NCBI GenBank assembly: GCA_002269645.1
Contig: NIVC01000666.1
Span: 310,001 to 374,000, forward strand
Length of the DNA stretch: 64,000 nt
Origin: Macrostomum lignano
Lineage: Eukaryota
Direction: 5' to 3'
The notes beneath the pieces were generated by a model. The model was not told the origin of the DNA, did no database searches, and saw only the letters and a program-made list of their open reading frames with translations. Below are positions 33,062 to 46,640 of this stretch, in pieces. Both the position numbers and the translations under genes were made by a program. How positions within the stretch are numbered: position 1 is the stretch's first letter; every line of letters begins with the position of its first letter.

Positions 33062-36000
33062 TCACAGAATGTCGTCATTGGCCGTAGATGAAGAGCGAGT
33101 CTGCAAGGTCAGGTAAGAATGATTTGTTAATTAGTAATCAATTAAAATCTTTTAAAAGTGCATTTTTCTGTAGCTATACTTCGATGGCTGGCAACCTAAT
33201 GTATGTATAAGTTAATGTATACATTAATGGATAAGTTGCATTAAGGGATGAATCCCAATAGGGATAAATCCCAACAGGGTGAATCCCTACTGGGTGAATC
33301 CCAACCGGGTGAATCCCAACAGGATAAATCCCAGTAGGGATAAATCCCAGTAGGGATAAATCCCAGTAGGGATAAATCCCAGTAGGGATAAATCCCAGTA
33401 GGGATAAATCCCAGTAGGGATAAATCCCAGTAGGGATAAATCCCAGTAGGGATAAATCCCAGTAGGGATAAATCCCAGTAGGGATAAATCCCAGTAGGGA
33501 TAAATCCCAATAGGGATAAATCCCAGTAGGGATAAATCCCAGTAGGGATAAATCCCAGTAGGGATAAATCCCAGTAGGGATAAAAATCGCAAGGGCATAA
33601 TAAAATCTCTATTTATATGAAAGCCTAAGCTATGGAATAAAAACCCTCAGGGAGTCGATAATTCCCCAATAGGTGAATCAGCAGCTCTCAAGCAACTCAC
33701 AGATGGCCTGTCGCGACTAAATGCGGCCGTTGGAAGCACGCTGACGCTGGCGGTCCGGCCGGCTGTTCTCGGCGGTCCCTGCATGCTGGCGCGGCCACCG
33801 CCGCCGCCGCCGCCGCTAGCCTGCGGTCGCATGTCTCTTGGGTGCAGCCGGTTGAGGCTGTGAAAGGAGCCGTACTGCGAGCCCTTCAGGCTGGGCAGGC
33901 TGGCCGACATTCGCTTGCTAAGCGACCGATCGAAGGTGCCCGACTGGCGCATGGTGCCGCCCTCGGTGCGGTACTGGTGCATTGTGCGACCCGAGAAGCG
34001 GTGGCTGCTGCTACCGCGGATAAAGTTCAGCGACAGCTTGCTGCTGGACTTCTCCATCTGCACCTCTTTTAGGCGGAAGAACGAGTGGTTCTCGATGGCG
34101 ATCTTCCATAGGCGCTTGGCCCAGCTGCGGGGTGGGAGACACGAATTGACAAGCTTATCGATTGATAGTGACTGGAGCTTGGCATTGTGGCTCTCTGCGA
34201 GCTAAATCTGTGATTCAGCTTGTGGCTTTCAAGGACTTTTTATGGATATTTAGGGATTCGATATTCGGAATGCGAGGATCTGTGGGAGCTAAAACTCGAG
34301 GGCTGCTATTGATGCTCATTTGAACCATAGAGAATCTGAATTTGGAAGCTGTAAGGAAAACCCACCGGTGGTTCATCATCTTGAAGCCGACCACAGCCTC
34401 GACATTCTCATACAGGTCGGATCGGATCTTCAAGTAGAAGAGGTTCTTCCTGTAGGAGATGCGCAAAATTTTTGGCCAAGCGAAGCGCGAAATTCGCATG
34501 CGATCTTTGTACACCAGCACGCCGCCGAAGCACACCCCGATGGTGATGTCAACATCGTCCAGATCCCGGGCCGGGTGTAGGTCGACTCCGTAGAACTCCA
34601 GCCGGCGGGCAGTCTCCAAGTAGCGCAGGTCGGCGACCTCGGGCGTGATGCCCTTGTGCCCGCGGTGCAGCTCGGCAATCTTATTCACAAGCTCCGGAGT
34701 CTGGTTGTGCACGAATTCGAAGTTCTGCAGATAGTCAAGCGTGCCGATGTCACCGTGTTCAGCTTGGTCAAAGTCACCGAGCTCTGATTGAACTTGGAAC
34801 GAGCCGAGCAGAGCTTGAGTTACCCAGGTGCAGGGCAGCTTGCCTGTGTAGATGTCCTGTCTAACCTGCAGACACAGCTGATAGCGTGTCACGTCAGTCA
34901 TTAGCATGTTGGGCTCCGGCGGGTAGAACTTCACCTAGTGGGTGTTGAGTACAAGCGAAGATGTAGGAATATGACTAGGAGAGACAGTCTAACTAAAGGT
35001 TTCAGTTTAAAGAGCCTCGAAGGCTCACGACCACAACATTCTTCAGCTTTTACAGCAGCAACGTGCCACTCTCGCACTCTTAACACTTTTAGCAGCAAGT
35101 ATCTTTTATCAAGCTGGAAAAACCGAACAAATCAAAACAGGAACAATCAAGTTGGCAATCGCATGGAAAAATTTGAAGTATAATAACAATTTTAAAGCCA
35201 AGTTAAACTTCATTTTTACTGGAAAATTTCGAGTGATTACCACCAATACACGCATGTCAAGTGGATTCAAGAGACATGAGCAAAAAACTAAAGCAAGACT
35301 GTGTAAAAATTGAAGACGCAAAAGAAAAATTGCTACAATTTCATTAATTTTTTGTAAAAAGATGTATTCTGAATAAGTGAAAGTGAATCATATATTAAAG
35401 TTGAAAGAAGCAAATGTTGTCTTTTAATAAAAAATGTGCTTTTCCGGACAAAACCCAGAGCCGAATTTAAAGGAATTTTTACTAGAGAGCACGTAGAGAG
35501 CCTCACTACCACAACTCTACGTGGTAGATTTTTAAACTCATGTTCGCGGTAGCCTACTTACATAAGTAGAAACAGAAACATAGTTAAATTAAAAATCAGC
35601 AGTTATGACTTACCTGGAAATTGAGCATTCGATTCTCGCAGTGCTTCAGTTGTTTCAGAACTCGCTTCTCGCAGTCCAACCAGAACCACATGCGTTCTTT
35701 TCCGTCGACGTAGGTTAGACCAAAGTAATCAATCTCCTGTAGGTCGATATGCTCACAGACGCGAGCCATCAGCTCGCTGCCAGTAGCTTTGCGCGGTATT
35801 GGCACGCCAATTTCTTCGCCGTCCAGCAGAATGACACGAACCTCAGTGTCAGCCAGGGGTCTCACACCTGGCACTGGCTGTCTGAGCGCCACGGGCTGCT
35901 GAGGCGGCTGCTGCAGTCTCTGGTCAAACGTATTGCCCGGCGTGTCGTTGGCGTTGAATAGTCCCGGGTTCGAATTCCACCTGTCGTGCTCGCCTAGACC

Positions 36001-37371
36001 GGCCGATTCCGCCGACGTAGAAGGAGCTCCGCCAGTCCCCGGTGATGCCATCGCCATGCCCGGAGCCTTCTTAGCTGAGGCGGTGGAGCCTTTGCGCTTC
36101 GTGGAGCCGCCCCGACGAAACGAGGCAAACAGTCGGCCCAGGAGGCCGCCAACCGGCTTTTTGCCCTCCGGAATCGGCGGCTGCTCCATGTTCGGATCCT
36201 CGCCGCGCGATAACGACAGCGCAGCCGATTGGCGGTCGCCGGGCACGCCGCCGCCGCCGCCAAACGCCGATATCGGCCGGTCGGGCCGATCGAACTCAGC
36301 ATCGGGAGATACTGGAGGCTGCTGCTGGTACGGCGGCTGCTGCGGCTGCTGCTGGTATGGTTGCTGCTGGTATGGTGGCTGCTGCTGGTGCTGCGGCTGG
36401 CGTGCTGGCGGTTCCGGCTCCATCCCGCCGACGTCGCTGCCCTCGTCATCCAGGGTAGCGGCAAGATAGCGATGCAGGTCGGTCGGGTTGGCCGGATTCG
36501 GCAGCGCCGGTTTCGTCGTTGTCGGCGGTGGCGGAGGCGTGGTCGGGGGCGTCGGAGTGCTCGGCCGGTTCCACTGCGGCGGTCGGAACTGGTCGTCATC
36601 CTGGTCGTCCTCATCCGCCTCGCTGTCGGCTTGCTGCGCTCGCGGGTCCGACGTAGGCGGGGGCGGCGGGGGCGTCGGCGGCGGCGGAGTTGCCACCCTG
36701 GCATCGTGAGCTTCAACATCGTCCTCGTCGCTCTCAGCCGGGTAGAACTGCTGCTGGGGTTGCGGCGGCGGCGGCGGAGGGGGCGGCGGCGGCGAGGGGG
36801 ACGCCGGCGGTGGAACTTGCGGCCTGGCTGCCGGCTTCGGCTTTGGTTTCGGCTTCGGTGCAGGCGGCGGCGGCGGATGCTGACGCCTCGGTGGCTCCTC
36901 GCCGAATCCTCTGGCATCCTCGTCCGATGCAGTGTCGGAGGCAGCCGCCGGAGCCCGCTGCTGCGGCACAGGCGGGGGCGGTGGGCGAGCGGCAGGTTGA
37001 AAATTGGCTTCCCCATCTTCATCGCTTTCGTCCGCAGTCGGCGCCACGCCCGCCGCGGCGGCAGCAGCAGCGGCGGCAGCAGCCGCCTCCGCCTCCGCCT
37101 CCGCCTTCGCCTGCTTCTTCTCCCTTCGTCGACGCCTTCGCTCTTCTTTTTCCTCGGGCGTCTCGTCCTCTCTGTTTTTCTTCTTCTTCTTGCGCCGCTC
37201 ACCATCGCCATCGCCGCCTCCATCGGCGTCGCCGGGCTGCTGGGTGGACTTCTTCCGCCGGTGCCGCCTCTCGCCGGCCTCATCGCCAGCCTCGGCCCGT
37301 TTTGATGAGCACTTCTTCTTGCGAGCCTCGCCACCGGAGGAAATGTCAATGCCGACCGCGACTTCGGCCAT
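33062..37371 (-). CDS. epb41: Band 4.1 / Coracle-like FERM + FA domain protein with a long Pro/acidic N-terminus, ~929 aa
   Basis: Exons 37371-35614 (..VRVILLDGEE..DYFGL..FWLD..NFQ), 34934-34366 (VKFYPPEP..TRYQLCLQVRQDI..GKLPC..QSELGD..YGVDLH..FAWPKILRISY..NHR), 34124-33701 (WAKRLWKIAIENHSFFRL, FA region) and a probable last exon 33100-33062 (TRSSSTANDDIL*). The last exon is less certain. Confidence 0.92.
33245..33585. repeat. 16-bp minisatellite (GGGATAAATCCCAGTA), ~20 copies
   Basis: Near-perfect tandem units in the last intron of the FERM gene. Confidence 0.95.
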
Positions 37372-39934
37372 TAGACATGCAAAGGTTGTGGCGGCCTGGC
37401 AGTCTATGGGTACTGGACTACACAGAGGATAAAGAATAAAGCTTTTCTATACCCACTAAACTAGGACCTTGCTAAGATCCAAGACAATCGACTTATATTT
37501 ATCTTACAACAATGCAGAACTTTTTGCACTAGCTATAAAATATTTGGTTTTTGCATTATTTTTATTTCTCATATTAGGAATAGGTCACTATAAATATACG
37601 ATATATATACATAGATTTTTTATAGTCACTTTGAGCTTAGGAGCAATTGACTTAATCTAGAATAACAGAACACTATAATCAATACAACTGCTATTCATAG
37701 TTTAAAAGTTTGAACTTCAAGTGTTTAAACTTCTTAATAGTTTGCAATATGCTCAAAGCTAAATATTTTAAACTATTGACTTCTAATATAGACTTTTTCT
37801 TTTTTCTTTTTTATTTGTTGCTTATAACTACGATTGGCTATACAATTTTGTATTTTTTCTTATATTCTGCAACCCATTAAATTTTGTGCTATTTTTGGCT
37901 TATGTTGCTTTTTATATTCAATATACATATAATAATAATTTATACTTATAATTACAATTTTATTAATTCATATTTTTATTTGATGCAAACATCCAAATTT
38001 CATAAGGCATTGATATATTAATATAAAATTAGCATTATTTCCATGTATTATTAATTTGTGCTACTATTAAAAAGTTATATATATATATATATATATATAT
38101 GATTTTATAAAAATTTATATTGTATAAGTTGTCTTTTTAATACTATCTTGATAGTCTCAAAATATTAATTTACCTTTTTTATTTTTAACTATAAATGAAA
38201 AGCAAATTGATATTGATAGATTTTATTATACTAAATTTCATTTTTTACTGCTAATCATACTTATTTGTCTCAAAATCTAAATTTTTATATAAATGCTATT
38301 ATAAAACAATTGCAAATCCAATAATAAATTATAGAAAATATCCATTTGTATTACTAACTTTTATTACTTCTAAAAATACTTAAATATAATTTTTATATTG
38401 GCTAACCAGGCTGTTTTGTGTTTTTACTAAGCCAATCCTAGGCCTAACTACTGCTACTACTACTGTACTGCTAGTACTACTACCACTAGAGACTAAAGTT
38501 AAAAAAATATTATAATGTTTTAACTAGTTAAAAATACAATGAAAATATTTTAATTAAATGTAAAAGAAACAAAACTACTAACATTTTGATCTTAATCTAA
38601 AAGGGTCAAAGTTCAAAACAAAAATTCAGTAATTCGACATCCCGCATCCGATCCATCCATCATTTCAATTTTAACTATCAGTCTATCATAAATAAAATAA
38701 CTAATAAACTGACGAATTTAAAGCGATACTGTGAGTAGGGCCTAATACTTAAAATTATATTGCCAAAAAAAGAACTTGTAATTTCATCTCAGTTTTTTTA
38801 TCACTGGCCAGTGACAGTGAGATTAAGATAGTTGATTTATATATTATCCTCGACCTCTACTTTGAGACTCGAACTCGGGAAAAAATGCTACGCATTTCCT
38901 TGTATTTAAAAAAAGTTGCCCAAGCCACAATTTTTTTGTCATGTTTTACACCTGTCTAACTGCAATTATATTTTTTATGCTCAAAATATTTTCAACAATG
39001 TTAATAGTACTAAAAAATACGATTGAAATTCTTAGTGTGTGTTTAAGTGCGTACCTTGAAACGTTTTTGACCAGAGTATTTTCAATTCACAATTTTTTAG
39101 AAAATGAAATATATTTTGAAAAAGAAAAATTATCGATTATTTTGATTTTTGACGACTTTGTCTAGTTTGTCTTCGACGGGCCAAAAACTAATCGAACTAT
39201 TTTTTACACGCAACATTTTGCAGCTGTGTGACACATCATCAAGGGTGTTTTCATCAAAATGATTTAGTTCTATTTTTTACGTGGTAAAAATACTTCACAG
39301 CACAGGCCCAGAAATACAAATAACGAAATGTTAGGCCTTGGTTAGGTTTTTACTTAGATTGATATTGTTAATAAGCCTAGTAAAATAGCTTTTGTTAAGT
39401 ATGTTATTTTATTTTTTCTCATACTGTATTGTCATAAATATTAGCTTAGGCCTACAACAAAGGGCCCTTGCAAAAATGAATGATGTATTAATAATATGTA
39501 CTATAGCTAGGTGCATAGTATAAGCTATTTATTTAAATGTTTTTTAGTTAGGCCTACTTAGATCATACTAAAATAGGTAGGCCTAATAATAATATTGCAA
39601 TTTTCCAATTAATTATTTATTTAGATTTTTTATAATCTAAACGACTAAAGCAATCAAATGCTAGTCTAAATAGATCATAGTAAGCATATGCTAGAATGAT
39701 AATTAATTTTTTTAATTTTGCATTTTTAGTTTTGTGCTAGGGGTGAGCTTCTCTATTAATATCTCACTAAGTAGCCACCAAAGTTGTAACAAGGCTTTAA
39801 TTTCCCTTTATTAAACTTTTACTGCTAACAATAAATCTTGCTTTAATGTTTCTAACCATTTTTTAGAATTAGAATCTCATATATTTCTAGGTAGGCCTAG
39901 CATTCTTGGTAGCATTCTGGTAGCATTCTTAGTA

Positions 39935-40656
39935 GGCAGTGCTTATTTAGCCGGCACCGGTCGAATAAGTTTGCTACTATTTAGCCGGCACCGGCCAAAT
40001 AAGTTCGCCATTATTTAGCCGGCAGTCCTGCCCCACTGCCGGTCAAATAAGCTTGTCACTATTTAGCCGGCAGTCCTGCCCTACTGCCGGTCAAATAAGC
40101 TCGTCACTATTTAGCCGGCAGTCTTGCCCCACTGCCAGTCAAATAATCGCGTCACTATTTAGCCGGCAGTCCTGGCCCCAATGGCCACGCTGGTCAAAAT
40201 ACATTTATACATTTTATAACTGCACACTGCTTGTCGTGACCTTAAATTAATAATTTAACATACTACAAGCTAAATATTTATCCTACAATTTTGGAGTTTT
40301 TTTAATTCAGAGATTAAAGTGAAAGTAAAACATGCATAATTAATTTTTTAATTGTTAATGTGTCTTCTGCTGCTACAAATAATTTCCGGAATATGCAAGA
40401 CTTCCAGAAACAATTAAACAAACTTGAAGGCAAGTAATAAATTGTACTGAAGCTGCATTGATTTATATTTGCTTTACCTATACTTTGTATTGCCCAAAGT
40501 TTAAATATCTCAAATAAATATATATATTGGCGTGGCCATTGGGGGCCAAGATTTCCGGCTAAATAGTGATGCAATTATTTGACCGGCAGTGGGGCAGGAC
40601 TGCCGGCTAAATAGTAGCAAACTTATTCGGCTGGTGCCGGCTAAATAAGCATTGCC
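39935..40656. mobile_element. Non-autonomous Mutator-like element (722 bp) with long TIRs and subterminal repeats
   Basis: TIR GGCA(G/A)TGCTTATTTAGCCGGCACC.. at both ends; 9-bp TSD TTCTTAGTA at 39926-39934 and 40657-40665; internal repeats of TATTTAGCCGGCA. Confidence 0.88.
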
Positions 40657-41301
40657 TTCTTAGTATTATATGTTCTTAGTATGTGGCCTGAGCGGTCTTA
40701 CTGGTATATGTACTTTCTTTCTCTAGTCTGGGCATTACTAAGATTATAGAGTCACAGCAATTATTCTTAGTATTCTCTTTACATGAATCCCTGATTTCTA
40801 ACTCTCAATACTTCTTAGAATAAAATAAGCTATGATCTAAGAATAAGTATTTAAACAAGGTTTGAGCTTATACTATAAGTTATAAGTTATTAGCTTTCAA
40901 ACAAATAAACTTACAAGTTATACAAGTGCACAAGTTGTCTCTTCTCTCTCAGCCTGCTCCTATTTATATTGTCCAAATGTGTGTATTTTTAACAAATATT
41001 AAATATTGAGAATATATAGAATATATAGAATATTTTGTAGAGTAAAACAAATTAATAGCGCAGATTCAGACTGTTACATTCCTAGAAACTATTAACCACT
41101 TCTAAAGCCTTCTCTGCACCCTGAGAGTAGAGAGGCTACATTTAGCCATGAATAACAGTTTAGTGAGAAATTCTAACCACTGTCCTCTGTATAGGCAAAC
41201 TCTGCAGCAGTTTAATGGTGGATGGCAATTGGCAAACAAGACAATCTAGCATCCTTTGTAAAAGCAAAAGGTTTATGAGAAAGTGATGCAAAGCAATACA
41301 A

Positions 41302-42086
41302 GGCTCATTCCATATAAGATGGACATATTTGGAAAATAGAAAAAAGTCAATATTTTTGCTTGCCATTGCCTAATTAGCCTATTTTTTACCAAATGTTTAT
41401 ATTGTGCAATATATACAATCTAAGAATAAAGGAATGGTAAAATGTTGGATTAGTATGTTATCAATTGGCAAAAAGTCATTTTTGTAAAAAATTGGACATT
41501 TTTTGAAGCAAAAGACATCATTAAGATTTTGTACCTTTTAAAAACAAATAGAAAGCTTTTGAAGGTTGAAACAAACTATAGATAAAAGTATAGTACTTGC
41601 ATCATCAGATAAAAGCATTGGTGACCAAATAATCTATTATATTTTTAATGTATTAGTACCTCAAAGTTACTGAATTGACAGAAAAAAATATGTTACGACC
41701 ATAATGTTACGACCATAAGGCTGCCTTTTCTTTTGTATCTTTGTTGCCTTTTGAGTTTATATATTCTAATAAAAGAGTATGATTTCTAAAGATGTTCTTA
41801 GTCAAATTTTAAAAATGTATTGCAAAATATCAAAAATGAAAAATGTTATAAGACTTTTACCTTTTAGTTTCTATATGTCAAAAATCCTGTCGTTACAACC
41901 ATAAGTGTCATTTAAGGTTTAATAGCATCTATACTAATGATGATATCTATATGAAACTCTATAAATATATTCTAGACAAAATAATATTTCATTTAAAATA
42001 TTGGTTTAGTATATTCTATTATTAGATTTCATTTTATAAGTAAAAATAACCTGTCATGTTACGACCATGCTTATATGGAATGAGCC
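41302..42086. mobile_element. Non-autonomous DNA transposon with 17-bp TIRs and 4-bp TSD (Sola-like by TSD length only)
   Basis: GGCTCATTCCATATAAG / CTTATATGGAATGAGCC flanked by ACAA on both sides; internal GTTACGACCAT repeats. Confidence 0.65.
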
Positions 42087-42379
42087 ACAATATACAACCC
42101 TACTAAATTAGTCACCATGGAAATTCAAAATTTCTCTTAAAGGTACTTTAAAATTTAAATGGCCTCCTAAGAAATGCATATTTCCTTGGTTGTTAGACTA
42201 ATGCAGACTGCAGTTGAGTTGAAGATACATAAATTCTTTTCAGGGCTTGCAAATTGGCAAGAAAGATAACATTATCAAATCATGAGAATAGCCATGAGAG
42301 TACTACATCCCACAAACTGGCTTTCCAAGCAGGAAAAGACAGACTTTTACCTCAAAGGCCAGATAAAGAATCCAACTCA

Positions 42380-42621
42380 TAGAGTAGAGGAGCAAGTAGA
42401 GAGTAGAGAGGAGCAAGTAGAGAGGAGAGAGTAGAGGAGCAAGTATAGAGTAGAGGAGCAAGTAGAGAGGAGAGGGTAGAGTAGCAAGTGGGGAAGAGAG
42501 AGTAGAGGAGCTAGTAGAGAAGAAAGAGCAGAGAGCTGCAGATGAGAGGAGAGCAGAGAGGAATTAGTAAAGAGGAGAAAAGAGAGATGAAAGAGTAAAT
42601 GGAAGAGAGGGTAAAGAGAGT

Positions 42622-42660
<39 letters not shown>

Positions 42661-43560
42661 AAGAGAGAAGAGAGAAGAGAGAAGAGAGAAGAGAGAGAGA
42701 GAGAGTAAATGAAAGAGAGGAAAAGAGATAAGGTTGTACATATGAGAGAGGTGTAAGGAGAGATGAGAAATGAGAGATGAGAGATAAAGGAGAGTGGAGA
42801 GAGAAGAGACAAGACAAAAAAGGGAAAGAGTATATAGATAAGGGAAGAAAGCAGAAGAGAAGAAAGGAGAAAGGAAAGTGAGAAGACAGAAGAGGTGAAA
42901 GAAAAGAGTACAGATGACAGAATGAGAGAACATATAAGACAGTTAAGATGACGGATAAAAGAAGGGGATGAGCTGAGAGCAGAGACAAAAATGAACAGAC
43001 AAGAGATAGGAGAGTAGAGAGAACAGAGGAGAGAAAAGAGATTACAAAGACAAGAGGAGAGACAAGGGGAGAGAGAAGTGAGTGAGGCGAGAGGAGAGAA
43101 AAGAGGAGAATGGAGGGGAGAGAGTAGAGAGGAGAAGAAAGATGGGAGAGGAGAGATAAGAGAGAGGGTGAAGCAGAGAGAAAGGGGGGGAAGCAGAGAG
43201 AGAGGGGGAAGCAGAGAGAGAGGGGGAAGCAGAGAGAGAGGGGGAAGCAGAGAGAGAGGGGGGGAAGCAGGGAGAAATGAAAAGAGATAAAAGAGAAGAG
43301 AAAGGAGAGATCAGAGAGCAAATAAAGACAAAAGAAGAGAGGTGAAGGAAAAGATGAGAGAAGAGTAGGAGGAGAGGAAAGAGAAAAGAAGAGAAAAGAG
43401 ATGAGATAAGAGAGATGAAAAAGAAGAGAAATGAGGGAAGATACAAGAGAAAGGAGAGAGAGGAGAGAGAGAAGAGAGGAGAGGAGAGAGAGCAGAGAGG
43501 AGAGACAAGGGACAAGAGAGAAGAGGAAATAGAAGAGAAGATAGAAGTTTCAAAGGATCC
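42380..43560. repeat. GA-rich low-complexity tract including (GA)n
   Basis: Purine-rich strand; source of spurious L/S/F-rich ORFs. Confidence 0.9.
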
Positions 43561-46500
43561 AAGGGACATAGGGAGATCGAGTCAGAGGCAGAGGCCAGAG
43601 TTTGCGAATACATGTTTTAGAGTCAGACAGACAATTGCCTATTTAAAGTAAAAAGCACCCCAGCCAACAATATCAATGTTTGCCTCAAATCCTAATTTTA
43701 CACAAATGTACTCCATTTTGTTTACCTCTATCCTACTATTAAAAAGTTTTTGTTTGAGTATGGCCTCAGATCTTAGAGCACATGCACAAATATTTCTGGG
43801 AATCGGAATTCCTTGGGTTCAAAATCCACGGGTTTCAATAGCTTGTAGTATATAATTAAGCAGCTCCAAAAACAGTACAAATAGCAGTTTATAAAGGATA
43901 TTTTTTAATTTTATAGACATTTCATAGTTTGTTTATACAAACTTCAAAAACAATTTTATATAAAGCCATCCATGTCCATCACTAGAATTTTTGTCCCTAT
44001 GGAATTGATTTCCTGCTGCTGTGATAGAGATGATATTCTTCCTAATCTCATTAGAAGTTTATTTCTGATTGTTAATACTTTCTAAGAGCACTGGTCAAGC
44101 ATTGATAGACTTTTTAACTAATGTATATTTAGCCTCTAAAATAATCCATACAATTAAATTTAATTATCTAATTAAGAAAGCATGCTATTAAATGGCAGGT
44201 TCCATATAGAACAACTAGTAAAGTGTTGTCTTGTCTATTGTTGCTATGAAATTGATGCTAGATATATGGTGCCTGTAACCCATAGTGTCAGGTTAGCAAG
44301 ATATTATGGTATTGCAATCAAAATATGCGCAATGCAGCTAATGATAGGCAGTTGCAGCCAGGTTTGGCACCCTTTGCTCAAAAGAAGCACCTAGAAATGG
44401 TTACATTTGTGTTGTTTTTTAAATGTTATAACAAACAATGGGGCTAAGAGAGAGTCACATAATTGGCACAACAAATAAATAGCTTTTATATCTCCAAAAA
44501 AGTGTCTAATATACCTTTATATTTATATGGAAAGAAACTGCTTTTACAATCCCAAAATATAATAGATATAAAGTTTTTAGACTTTGAAGTTTCTAAGATA
44601 TTTAGTTTTGTATGTGAAAGTAGTCAGCACCTTAGCTTATTTAGTAAATTGACTTTTAACAAAAAGACTATAAAGAATTTATCCCTCTCCTTCCCAAAGA
44701 AATTCTATTCACTTGGTGTTTAAACTTTGAGTCTTGACAAAGCCCTAGACAAGCTTACTTGACATAATTAGATCAAGTTTATAGATGCTTTTGCTTAGCA
44801 GCTGTTTATATCAGATTTAAGGCATCTTGCACAAACTATGCCACATCCAACCCACGTGTGCCTAATAAGGCTAACAGAAGACCCACATCATGCTTAGCAT
44901 CCAGACAGTAGTCAACAAGGCATGGGTATATTCACCACCTGATCTGGATAACAAAAGAGCAATGTAGGGAAGCTGCTAGCTCCTTGATCTTGGCCTCAAT
45001 GTCTTATTAAAAATGAAGGTTTATTTTTTTCTAGAAAGTTATTGAGAAGAGAAGACTTTTTCTTTAAAAGTTTTCTTTGAAATGGTACTTGCTTCATTAA
45101 TTGCTTGTGACTCAACAATGTTATTATTGTCAAGATCAACATCTCAGTGCTTGTCTCTTGCTGGTCTGATTCTGAATGGCATTGCTAATACCATGGCATT
45201 ATCAGTGTATTAGAGTTAGAGTACAAAATATGAGATATGAAGTTTACTAGTGTTTTTCCTTTTTTCTAACTTACTACCTTATTTGTGAACTAACTTATTA
45301 ACTACCTTACTAATAGTATACTACATTGCCTTAGACTGAGGGTAAAAAATAGTAGTACCCTATGGAAACATAAGCTATATATGCAAAAGCTATATATGCA
45401 TCCTTATACCTATAACACTGTATTGCAAAGCAAAGTAAAAATGCATAGGTCTCCTTTCCTACTAGGTTATAAACCTAGGGTAATAACTAATAATAAAATG
45501 AAGTAGTAAATTGCAACCTCATTGATAGTGGCAACAAATTGGTCTCCAGGGTTGGTCATAACATATATATAGCATGAGATTAGCTAGCTTGGACAATAAA
45601 ACCAACTTCAGGCTAGTAATCTTTCTGGCAACCTCTAGCTTAAGCTAGCTAGTCTAGCTATTGCCTATTAGCATGACCTTTGATAGGTAAAATGTTATGT
45701 TCCTATATAAATACAGATTTGTTAAACTCAAATACAAGCAGCTACCTTATAGATTTTCATAAAGTAATCCTACCACTACCATCAATCTTGATGCAATATA
45801 GACCTGCAGCAAAGCTAGGTCCAGGTCCCGCAGATGGTCAAAGCTGCTAGCCAATTATAAGCTCCTTGCTAGATTCTGCCATTGTGTTTTTATCCCAAAC
45901 CTGGTAAATGACATTGCCAAAGGCCAACATGATAATCACATTTGTGGCATTGAGAGTGGCATAGGTAACAACATCTTTGGGCAATCCCCACTGCATATGG
46001 TCAACAAGGCTATGGCAGAAAGCCTTTGCAATTTCCCTAAATATTCTCTTTAAAGTTCTATATGGAAAAATTATAATAAAAACTTTCATATAACAGTGAT
46101 GATAAATATTTCTTTTTGTAAAAATAGCATTTTTTTCTCTAAGATTATAATTTAACCCAACAAGGTAATCAATCTAATGAGCCTTTATCTCTTGGTCACA
46201 TTTTCCAGTTCACGCATTCCTTTTGTACACTCAAGAAGTTGGCCATAGCCAACCATTGTGTTGCCACTTTCCATTGTATCAGTCAAAACTTTTTAGGAAA
46301 AAAGTGCCTTTTGAATTTTAAGTATTTCTTTTATTTACTAAAACATTACTAATTTGCATATGTTATTATGTTTAGCTCATAATAGATTTTTCTGCTAGTG
46401 TTTGCCATGACTCATAACTTTAATTTTGACACCCTGAAGTTGGATCCCAGACTGCTCATTCATTATTAATTGCGCTGAATATAGGGGTGTGCTTGGAATA

Positions 46501-46640
46501 CTGTGACCATGGTTCTAGCAAAAAAAGCTAGCTCAGGAACTTGATTTTTTCTTTCATTTTTTACTTTTTTCATCACTAATGGCAGCTCTGAAACGCCTTT
46601 AAAAATGATCCACTTCATGCTTCATTGAGTCGGCGCCGCC

